From the IMG/VR virus record IMGVR_UViG_3300045988_057159, positions 1 through 13,212 of that record: a stretch of 13,212 nucleotides of DNA. One strand, 5' to 3'. Of this stretch, positions 7,322 to 13,212 are shown piece by piece (the first letter of the stretch is position 1; every line of letters starts with the position of its first letter). The position numbers and the translations under genes were made by a program. This stretch comes from a virus. The notes beneath the pieces are model-generated. The model made no database searches and was not told the DNA's origin. It saw only the letters and a program-made list of their open reading frames with translations.

Positions 7322-7525
7322 TCAGCCCTCCTTAATGGTAGACAGCTTGCCTTCCAGACGCTCCATGACCTGCGTGTTCCTGTCCAGAGCATCCACCCAG
7401 GCCTTGCTTTCGATTGCGTGTGCTTCCCGTTCTTTCTGCTGACTGTAAAACAGATAGCAAACGCATGCGATAGGGAATCCCACATTGCTAATCAATGTGG
7501 TAATCAACTGTACCGCTTCGTTCAT
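7322..7525 (-). CDS. Holin, BhlA/UviB-like (67 aa, single TMD)
   Basis: MNEAVQLITTLISNVGFPIACVCYLFYSQQKEREA..., with one N-terminal TMD followed by a charged coiled-coil tail. The RBS AAAGGGG lies 8 nt upstream of ATG 7525. It sits immediately upstream of the endolysin. The longer ORF in the track (to 7657) begins at a GTG with no RBS. Confidence 0.75.
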   Translation of the reverse strand: MNEAVQLITTLISNVGFPIACVCYLFYSQQKEREAHAIESKAWVDALDRNTQVMERLEGKLSTIKEG

Positions 7526-7554
7526 AATATTGCCCCTTTCATATTCGTTTTGTT

Positions 7555-7689
7555 GTTGTGGGCCGGGGGAGTTGCACACACCGCTCGCCATTCTCGCCGC
7601 CACTCGCTCCCACAAATGCGTGACCCCGTTCCTGCGGTGGACTGCCGCACGGGCCACCTTCCGGGTGTGTCCTTGCCCACGGGGTCACT
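7555..7689 (-). ncRNA. Candidate structured non-coding RNA or leader (about 135 nt, GC-rich), transcribed from the promoter at 7696-7724
   Basis: A perfect 10-bp closing helix, GUGACCCCGU (complement of 7679-7688) with ACGGGGUCAC (complement of 7620-7629), encloses two hairpins. One is CACC/GGUG plus GGGC/GCCC, the other UGCGG-CAGUCCA-CCGCA, which together form a three-way junction. A second G-rich domain has UGUGGG/CCCACA and GGGAG/CUCCC pairing options. There is no credible ORF or RBS. Confidence 0.5.
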
Positions 7690-7695
7690 ACACAC

Positions 7696-7724
7696 AATAT
7701 AGCACAAATGTTTGTTTTTGTCAA
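7696..7724 (-). promoter_or_regulatory. Near-consensus sigma-A promoter overlapping the ATPase stop codon
   Basis: On the minus strand: TTGACA (7719-7724), a 17-nt spacer ending in TGc, then TATATT (7696-7701). The ATPase TGA stop lies inside the -35 hexamer. The predicted TSS is near 7688-7689. Confidence 0.7.
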
Positions 7725-8764
7725 GCCCAAAAATAGCGGTTTAACAAAATTTCGCACAAACGTTCCTCAAAAATAATCTTGCCGGTTATATACTTCGCCC
7801 ATATCCAGTTATATTTTCGCCGGAAATTCGTCAATTCTGCATCGGACAGACCAAACCGGGCAGGACCGCCGGAAACGTGGGTAGTAATATAGAGGTTTTC
7901 GCCGCCCTTGCGGCGGTAGATACACAACTCGCCGATATTTACAACAGGGTCATAATTGCGTAAGTCCTCCGACTTGTTTGGCATCGCCAAGTCCTCCCCG
8001 ATATACTTGTTGTCCAGGGCCATTGCCCCAAACTCTGTCCCGGCTGTCATACGATAGAGGGCGGTTTTACTTTTTGCCGCTGAGATAGGGCTGTCCATGA
8101 TATTTACCAACATGATACCCCGGTCCGGCATATAGCTGAGTTGCTGGTGCTTACGTTGCATCTGTACTACCTTATTCACAAGGCCCAGCCCCATATAGAT
8201 TGCATTATCCAGCCGGTTAGAGTTGGAGAGACATAGCAACTTAACCGGCGGCTTCCCCAATAATTCCCTGTTACGGTTGATAGTTTCGTATGCGTTCATC
8301 AGGGCCATACATTCTTCCCGTATAGGCCTTGCGTGTGGTTCGGGGATAAATTCATCGTATACAATTATACTGTATTGCTCCCCGTTAAAACCTCTCAAAT
8401 TGCTGATAGTTGATAACGCCAGCATCATTCCAACCGGTGGCCCGTCCGGGACTAGCTTATCTCCGTCCGGCACTCTGCGGACAATTTCCGTTGTATATTT
8501 TCCTGATTTTGACAGTCCCACACATTCGCCGGTATCTTCATTAAGCCGGGCAAATGGGTTATTGCTTTCGTTCGCCGCCAAAAATTCAGTTTCCGTTAGG
8601 GTCCGGCGCAGATAAATAAAAGGTATATCGTTTTCAATGACATACTTCAAAGCACCATAGGTTTTTCCCACACCCCGTGCGCCGGTGCAAAAAATAAAGG
8701 GGTAAGGCTTCTCGACGATTTTCTGAACGTCGAGCCAGCCTTCCGGCGTGTAAATATTTTCCAT
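7721..8764 (-). CDS. DNA encapsidation (packaging) ATPase, phi29 gp16-like
   Basis: Walker A FCTGARGVGKTY, Walker B IIVYDEF, 347 aa (phi29 gp16 is about 330 aa). The RBS GGAGGG lies 5 nt upstream. Confidence 0.85.
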   Translation of the reverse strand: MENIYTPEGWLDVQKIVEKPYPFIFCTGARGVGKTYGALKYVIENDIPFIYLRRTLTETEFLAANESNNPFARLNEDTGECVGLSKSGKYTTEIVRRVPDGDKLVPDGPPVGMMLALSTISNLRGFNGEQYSIIVYDEFIPEPHARPIREECMALMNAYETINRNRELLGKPPVKLLCLSNSNRLDNAIYMGLGLVNKVVQMQRKHQQLSYMPDRGIMLVNIMDSPISAAKSKTALYRMTAGTEFGAMALDNKYIGEDLAMPNKSEDLRNYDPVVNIGELCIYRRKGGENLYITTHVSGGPARFGLSDAELTNFRRKYNWIWAKYITGKIIFEERLCEILLNRYFWA

Positions 8765-8780
8765 GCTATCCCTCCATATA

Positions 8781-8806
8781 GCAAAAGCCCGGTTTCCCGG
8801 GCCTTT
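8781..8806 (-). terminator. Hairpin terminator or attenuator between the early module and the ATPase gene
   Basis: Minus-strand RNA aaaGGCCCGG-gaaa-CCGGGCUUUUGC: a GC stem, a GAAA loop and a U-tract, 11 nt after the 8817 stop. It must be leaky or conditional unless the ATPase has its own unrecognised promoter. Confidence 0.55.
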
Positions 8807-8816
8807 GTGTTGTGAA

Positions 8817-9161
8817 TCAGTCTACGAACACGCAGTTAATAAATTCCCTGCCGCCCTTGCTGGTTCCGGTGGAAACACGGATATGGTGGACATCCAAACC
8901 CGTCTTAGCGAAACATTCCAGCATCGCCTCGAAAGATTCGATAAACGTTGCGGAGTTAGTTGCATACATCTTATCACCGGACTTGATGGAGAGGATTTTC
9001 TGCATATCACCGGTCTTGCGGTCTGCATCCGCAAACAATGCCCACTTGTCAAGTTCCAATGTCTTACCCTTAACAGAGGTCATTTTCTCGATTTCCGGGG
9101 ACGTGGTGAGAAAATACAGGTCAGCTCCCTCTACGTTCTTGCTCATTTTAATGATTTCCAT
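8817..9161 (-). CDS. Hypothetical early protein (114 aa), possibly a ssDNA-binding protein
   Basis: It has its own perfect consensus promoter and the RBS GAAAGGAAG. Its size and position next to the polymerase recall phi29 gene 5. The sequence pattern (..DRKTGDMQKILSIKSGDKMYATNSATFIESF...TSKGGREFINC) resembles small OB-fold phage SSBs, but I cannot verify this without a search. Confidence 0.55.
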   Translation of the reverse strand: MEIIKMSKNVEGADLYFLTTSPEIEKMTSVKGKTLELDKWALFADADRKTGDMQKILSIKSGDKMYATNSATFIESFEAMLECFAKTGLDVHHIRVSTGTSKGGREFINCVFVD

Positions 9162-9218
9162 TGTTGTTACTTCCTTTCAAGTTTTTGTTATTGTGTGTTG
9201 GTGTCTCCAACTGTCTAC

Positions 9219-9247
9219 ATTATATCAAAGACTTTCGTTATTGTCAA
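9219..9247 (-). promoter_or_regulatory. Perfect consensus sigma-70/sigma-A promoter overlapping the polymerase stop codon
   Basis: On the minus strand: TTGACA (9242-9247), exactly 17 nt, then TATAAT (9219-9224). The polymerase TGA stop (9244-9246) lies inside the -35 hexamer. Confidence 0.8.
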
Positions 9248-11373
9248 TGTTTTTCTTTTGTAATTTCCCGTAACAATTTGTCATATTCTGCCGTGATACC
9301 TAGTTGATACGTACTATCTCTAATCACTACATTAGCAGTTATCGGGAGTATGTGTCCGTCAACCGTTAAGGACGTGATAGCCGGGTGGTCATTGTACATA
9401 AGTTCAGCCCCGCCAGCTTTGCGGAAAAGGAAGCCGGGATTTGTGTTGACAAACCTATCCAACCCATTTCCATACTCGTCTCCTGCATCCAGTTCGGGGC
9501 CGCCCTCTTTTTTACTAACTCCGGCAATAGTTACGTGTGTTTTTCCATTTTCGTCCGTGTAGGCGTATTTTTTGGCCCCCAAAGTTGCAAAAGTGGGGTA
9601 TTTTCCATCCGGTTCATACACGCCCATGTAATGGGCTTCGCCTGACGGGTCAACCGCCCAGGCCCCGGACTTTTTACTTGCCGATATGCGGTCATTATTG
9701 TACTGTGTCCAGTCGGGAAGAATATCTGTCTCTAGGTACTTGACAGAATCGGTATCACAATATACAAATCTGGTCCCCACCAAATCAATACCGCATTGCA
9801 AATGGTATCTCGCCCAAGCTGTTGTCCAAACTCCCCACGCATAAGTTAGAAAAGCGTTTCGCCTAGCATCCGCAAGGGCTTCTCCGATATCTAGGGCATC
9901 TTCGCCCCATTCGCCATCGAAATAGACTTCGGGTTTTGCGGGGTTTTGGGCCGTCATGCCGTACACGCTGTTTAGTTTTGCCTTGCTTTTTGCGTATATG
10001 AGTTCCTGCCCTGCTACGTTTTTTAGTTCCGTCTTTTTGTGGTAAAGGTCGCACAAAACGCCCACCATTTCCGGCGGCAATTTGCCATAGGTAGAGTAAT
10101 AGCCGCTTATGACGGTATAGTTCCCGGTATAATGGTCAACGATAATCTGAAGGTCAATATCTGTCACTGTTAACTCTAAGTAATCAGCGGCAATAACTCG
10201 CCCATTGTCATAGACCCCGCCAACAATATTGCGGCATTTGTCCCTTGGGATATAAGGGCATCCGTCAGATATATGCCGCAAGTGGCAATTTGATATTACA
10301 ATCCGTGCCAGCGTTGCGGTTCCTCTTTTCTGCATATTCAAAAGTCTTTCCACTGTTGACATACCCAGCTTTTTGAACTCACCCATCGGAAATAGATTAT
10401 TGCACTGCACATCCGGGTAACTGCTGGAACGGTCTGCCGATATTACATTGTGTAACACTTTTCCAGCGTAGTGTCTGTTTGCGTGGGTATTGCCGCCCCG
10501 GAACGCTTCCCGCAGATAGGTATATACATCAGTGTCGGGGAAAATCGACCGAATTTTGTAGACCAATTCTTTATTGCTCCGTATGGCGTTTCGTACGTCT
10601 CGCCGAACATAACCGGTTGACGTGCGGGGGATAGTGTCCAGTGTATCGCCATCCGCTTGCATTTCATTCGCCAGTGCTTCGCATAGTCCTTGGGTATCGT
10701 TTGTACAGTAGGAAAGTTCATTTTGTGACATTTCTGTCCACGGAAAACGAATTTTTGTATAATCGAACTCTTTTCCTGATAGTTTTGTATGTTCGGCGTG
10801 CATTTTGTTCGTGAATGTGTCCAAACTCATATTTGAATGAAGATATGAACATCTAAACTCGATATTGCCCCATGTACACGCCAAGACTTTCCGGGACTTC
10901 ACCGCCATAACATCTTCCCGGCTGAATTTGTGAATACCGGACAGAAACTGAAATTCATATGATAAATTATGAACCCATATCACAAGCCGGTAATCATTTT
11001 GTATAAGATACTCGTTCCAACCGTCAATCATGGCTATAAATTCTTCCCACGTTCTGCCAATTATCATGCACTTCTCATGTAGACATAAAGTCCAGATATA
11101 CATGATTGATTGCTCGTTGCGGCGGGTTTCTACCCATTCGCCCCGGATTTTCTCCGGGGCTGATAATTCGGGAAAATCTTCCGGCTTTAGGCGGGTTGTT
11201 TCAATGTCAAAAGCCACTATCTGGTCAAGTGTTTCCAGACTTTGCCTTTCGCCGTTGGTATGCTTCCCGGCGTTTCTGCCGTTGCGCTTCTTTCCGCTTT
11301 TGCACGGTACCGGTTTCATAGAAGCCAGCAGTGCGGGGGTTGCGTTTTTTGGCTCTACGACGTTTAATTTCAT
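9244..11373 (-). CDS. Family B DNA polymerase, protein-primed type
   Basis: ExoI FDIETT, ExoII HNLSYEFQF, ExoIII YCTNDT, motif A DRSSSYPD, motif B KAKLNSVYG, motif C YCDTDS, and KxY as GAKKYAY. The start is uncertain. ATG 11373 has GGAGGTG 11-12 nt upstream, and the ORF is open to ATG 11397. Either start overlaps the upstream ORF by about 150-170 nt. Confidence 0.93.
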   Translation of the reverse strand: MKLNVVEPKNATPALLASMKPVPCKSGKKRNGRNAGKHTNGERQSLETLDQIVAFDIETTRLKPEDFPELSAPEKIRGEWVETRRNEQSIMYIWTLCLHEKCMIIGRTWEEFIAMIDGWNEYLIQNDYRLVIWVHNLSYEFQFLSGIHKFSREDVMAVKSRKVLACTWGNIEFRCSYLHSNMSLDTFTNKMHAEHTKLSGKEFDYTKIRFPWTEMSQNELSYCTNDTQGLCEALANEMQADGDTLDTIPRTSTGYVRRDVRNAIRSNKELVYKIRSIFPDTDVYTYLREAFRGGNTHANRHYAGKVLHNVISADRSSSYPDVQCNNLFPMGEFKKLGMSTVERLLNMQKRGTATLARIVISNCHLRHISDGCPYIPRDKCRNIVGGVYDNGRVIAADYLELTVTDIDLQIIVDHYTGNYTVISGYYSTYGKLPPEMVGVLCDLYHKKTELKNVAGQELIYAKSKAKLNSVYGMTAQNPAKPEVYFDGEWGEDALDIGEALADARRNAFLTYAWGVWTTAWARYHLQCGIDLVGTRFVYCDTDSVKYLETDILPDWTQYNNDRISASKKSGAWAVDPSGEAHYMGVYEPDGKYPTFATLGAKKYAYTDENGKTHVTIAGVSKKEGGPELDAGDEYGNGLDRFVNTNPGFLFRKAGGAELMYNDHPAITSLTVDGHILPITANVVIRDSTYQLGITAEYDKLLREITKEKH

Positions 11374-12067
11374 TTTTCGCCTGCACCTCCGTATCATACC
11401 GGCCCGGCTCCGGTCTGCCCTTGTTCTTTAACCGTTTATAATTCCGGTCTTTGATTTCGTCTTGTACGTTGTCCCATTCATGACGCATTTGTTTTCCTGC
11501 GGTAGATGCCAAAAATTTCTCAAAGTTGTCTTTGATGATTTGCGGGTCTATGCCGCCCTCTTTCATTTCCCGGAAAAGGTCAATAATTTGTTCGCTATCG
11601 TACATTTGAGCCAAGCCCATCTGTTCCCGCATATTCAGAAATTCGGTGAATAGGTGGAAATCTTCGTTCGTGCTGATAAAGTCAATGCCCCGGGACTGAA
11701 ATGCTTCTATATGCTTGTTAATGTTTTCTCGGATTCCTCTTATAGTGGTTTTTTGTGGATTCTCGAAAAATTCCACCAAATTCTGCAAGCCTACTGCAAG
11801 GTCTGCAGGTGTGGTCAACTTGCTAGCCGGTCTGATATATTCTTCAAACGTTTTATAACCGTCTGTCCACGCAAACCCGGCCTTTTTGATACTCCGTAGA
11901 CGTTGCATTGCCGTTTTGCGTAGTCTAATGTACTCGTCCTTTGCAGACCGGACGGCATCAGGATCCCCGGCCCAGTCATAGACTTTTGACGGGTCGTAAT
12001 AGTAATCCGGGAGCCGGTAGCGGCTCCCCTCTGGTTTTAACCATTTTGTTTGCTTTCGTTTTGCCAT
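11225..12067 (-). CDS. Putative terminal protein (replication primer), 280 aa from ATG 12067
   Basis: It lies immediately upstream of the protein-primed polymerase, as phi29 gene 3 does, and is of similar size (phi29 TP is 266 aa). It has a basic N-terminus, and the block DEYIRLRKTAMQRLRSIKKAGF parallels phi29 TP AEYARLVKNTKAKIARTKKKYG as I recall it. The C-terminal tail is very basic. The track start at 12073 is a TTG. Confidence 0.55.
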   Translation of the reverse strand: MAKRKQTKWLKPEGSRYRLPDYYYDPSKVYDWAGDPDAVRSAKDEYIRLRKTAMQRLRSIKKAGFAWTDGYKTFEEYIRPASKLTTPADLAVGLQNLVEFFENPQKTTIRGIRENINKHIEAFQSRGIDFISTNEDFHLFTEFLNMREQMGLAQMYDSEQIIDLFREMKEGGIDPQIIKDNFEKFLASTAGKQMRHEWDNVQDEIKDRNYKRLKNKGRPEPGRYDTEVQAKNEIKRRRAKKRNPRTAGFYETGTVQKRKEAQRQKRREAYQRRKAKSGNT

Positions 12068-12174
12068 TTCCAATACCCCAAATTATAGAGCCGGTTAAAC
12101 TCGTCCATTGCATAAGTCCACATCTGACCATAGGGGACACAATAGTCACCGGCAAATTTCCACACCTTTACCAT
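12037..12174 (-). CDS. Possible small ORF (45 aa, MVKVWKFAGDYCVPYGQMWTYAMDEFNRLYNLGYWKWQNESKQNG)
   Basis: It fills the otherwise empty gap 12074-12231 and overlaps the TP start by 31 nt. It is preceded by a 20-codon ORF (12168-12230, MKAVNMWKRILSMPDSRSKW) that has a good RBS (GAGGGG, 7 nt). That ORF's TAA stop ends just after, and overlaps, this ORF's ATG (ATGGTAA). The RBS of the 45-aa ORF itself is weak. Confidence 0.3.
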   Translation of the reverse strand: MVKVWKFAGDYCVPYGQMWTYAMDEFNRLYNLGYWKWQNESKQNG

Positions 12175-12231
12175 TTTGAGCGGCTGTCCGGCATGGACAA
12201 AATCCGCTTCCACATATTGACAGCTTTCATA

Positions 12232-12594
12232 TTATCGCCCCTCGCATACTTCGGCAATCTCGTCTGTAATGTAACAGTTCATTCCGGCACACGTGTGAAC
12301 GTACCGTTGGCACGTTTTGCAATTTGGAATAATCCTGTCGCGTATTTTCCATGGCAATTTACGGATATAAGAGCATAGGTCAATATCTTTAACCGTTGCC
12401 CAGGTGGTGGTGTATACATCCCCATAGTATGCCGTGGGGGCATAGGGGATATATTTCCCGGTAAATCTGTCCACAACATATGGAGCGCAGTGTGCGCCCC
12501 GGATAATTGCCGCCGCAAACTTGCCATCTTTAACTAAGATTGCATCGTTGTAGCCTTTGACCAAATGCCATCCGTCTGTATATATTTTACTCAT
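12232..12594 (-). CDS. Hypothetical early protein (120 aa) with a Cys-rich C-terminus
   Basis: Tight packing with the upstream gene and an AAGGA RBS. The C-terminal CKTCQRYVHTCAGMNC...C pattern suggests a possible metal-binding module. I do not recognise any family. Confidence 0.65.
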   Translation of the reverse strand: MSKIYTDGWHLVKGYNDAILVKDGKFAAAIIRGAHCAPYVVDRFTGKYIPYAPTAYYGDVYTTTWATVKDIDLCSYIRKLPWKIRDRIIPNCKTCQRYVHTCAGMNCYITDEIAEVCEGR

Positions 12595-12597
12595 TTC

Positions 12598-12834
12598 TTA
12601 CACATCCTTATAATATACCCGGTAGCAATAACTTGTACTGTCCCATCTGGGGAGCAACACATATTTCTCTCCGGCTCTCCGTCCTCTTGCAACTCCCGTT
12701 GTTAGAGTGTCGCTATCTTTCAAGCGGCGGGACACATAGCCCCGTTCAGATTTTGTGTCATACACCACGATTTTACCGTCTGCACAAGCCTTGCAAAATT
12801 CACCGTATGTCATTTTTGTTACCGTCCTTTTCAT
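12598..12834 (-). CDS. Hypothetical early protein (78 aa), first gene of the rightward-end early operon
   Basis: It is driven by the ITR-R copy of the promoter. The first 8 codons (MKRTVTKM) lie inside the ITR and are identical to those of ORF 379-666. The alternative start is the second ATG at 12813. Confidence 0.6.
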   Translation of the reverse strand: MKRTVTKMTYGEFCKACADGKIVVYDTKSERGYVSRRLKDSDTLTTGVARGRRAGEKYVLLPRWDSTSYCYRVYYKDV

Positions 12835-13212
12835 TGTGTTATCGGGAGTTCCTCTCCCTTTGTGATTATATTATACCACACATCCTTCCGATTTCAAGTT
12901 TTAATATTACACAATAATTACCCAATTATTCGCCCTCTGTTTTGTGCAATATACACAATGGTCTGTGAGGCACTGGACGGCCCTGTACGCAACGATTTTT
13001 ACGGGGCTATACTTATACCCGGCGGCTCTGTTCGTCAAAAACTATCAAATGTTCGAAAACAACTACACTGTTTTGTGCGTGAGCCGTGGACACCGTGCCC
13101 GGATGCGTTAGGAGCGACTAACTATGTGATGTTTCATGTGAAACATATATCAGTAACAAATACGTTGCACCTTTTGTACATGGTCATATGACTGTCTATG
13201 CTGTGTGTACAC
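12810..13212. repeat. Right inverted terminal repeat (ITR-R), 403 bp
   Basis: Exact reverse complement of 1-403. The identical 109-aa ORF translations in the ORF track (22-351 minus, 12862-13191 plus) agree with this. Confidence 0.95.
12870..12897 (-). promoter_or_regulatory. ITR-R copy of the inward-facing sigma-A promoter
   Basis: Mirror image of 316-343: TTGAAA, 16 nt, TGgTATAAT on the minus strand. It would drive the long minus-strand early operon. Confidence 0.7.

Larger units (their letters stand above)
1..13212. mobile_element. Complete linear genome of a small phi29-like (protein-primed, short-tailed) bacteriophage
   Basis: The window starts and ends exactly with a perfect 403-bp inverted repeat. 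It contains a protein-primed-type PolB, a putative terminal protein, a gp16-like ATPase, a scaffold/MCP pair, a gp9-like knob, a gp10-like portal and a lysis cassette. Gene density is about 90 percent. Confidence 0.85.

Noticed and set aside
7522-7542. Six-codon uORF (MKGAIL) whose UGA overlaps the holin AUG
   Set aside because: It has no RBS of its own, and it simply spans the holin RBS. It is probably coincidental, although a role in translational coupling cannot be excluded.
7526-7657. N-terminal extension of the holin ORF (the track gives 111 aa from 7657)
   Set aside because: The start at 7657 is a GTG with no usable RBS, inside the GC-rich helices. The extension is Arg/Ala/Gly-rich and unlike a holin. 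ATG 7525 has a well-spaced AAAGGGG RBS and gives a canonical 67-aa BhlA-like holin.
8771-8790. TGCTATAT motif upstream of the ATPase RBS, resembling the extended -10 of the 7696-7724 promoter
   Set aside because: A transcript from it would start inside or after the ATPase RBS. The -35 position is occupied by the terminator stem. An 8-mer match is expected by chance at this sequence length.
12935-12955. TGcAATATA as a possible outward-facing extended -10 in ITR-R (mirror at 258-278)
   Set aside because: The hexamer AATATA lacks the conserved T1 and T6, and there is no acceptable -35. An outward ITR transcript, which would be phi29 pRNA-like in position, is therefore not supported by promoter evidence.
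1-13212. Searched by eye for tRNA genes, CRISPR arrays, integrase or transposase genes and attachment sites
   Set aside because: I found no cloverleaf-capable segments, no spaced direct-repeat arrays and no recombinase-like ORFs. The element looks strictly lytic and linear.

Overview
The window appears to be a complete 13,212-bp linear dsDNA genome of a very small phi29-like, protein-primed podovirus-type phage. It is bounded by perfect 403-bp inverted terminal repeats (1-403 is the reverse complement of 12810-13212; I checked this base by base). All genes but one lie on the minus strand. From right to left they are: an ITR-embedded early promoter, small orphan early genes, a putative terminal protein, a family-B protein-primed DNA polymerase (all Exo and Pol motifs readable), a consensus internal promoter, a small early protein (possible SSB), a hairpin terminator and a phi29 gp16-like packaging ATPase. 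Next comes a second consensus promoter driving a ~135-nt GC-rich structured RNA. After that come a BhlA-type holin, an Amidase_3+SPOR endolysin, a scaffold protein, the major capsid protein, a hairpin, a gp9-like tail knob, a CHAP tail lysin, a gp10-like portal, a putative lower collar and a tail fibre with about 19 alanine heptads. A bidirectional terminator separates the fibre gene from the single plus-strand gene, which is driven by the left ITR copy of the promoter. Strong GGAGG ribosome-binding sites, sigma-A-type promoters and the lysis gene types point to a Gram-positive (Firmicutes) host. The most interesting item is the promoter-driven, non-coding, three-way-junction-like RNA between the packaging ATPase and the holin; it could be a pRNA analogue or a lysis-cassette regulatory leader. 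Other points worth a second look: the ITRs carry promoter, 5' UTR and first 8 codons for two different genes; the termini are reiterated and palindromic (GTGTACAC); the TP and polymerase frames overlap by ~150 nt around an A6 tract; and the fibre gene contains a recombination-prone 21-nt tandem repeat. All functional calls rest on motif reading and recalled family sequences, not database searches.
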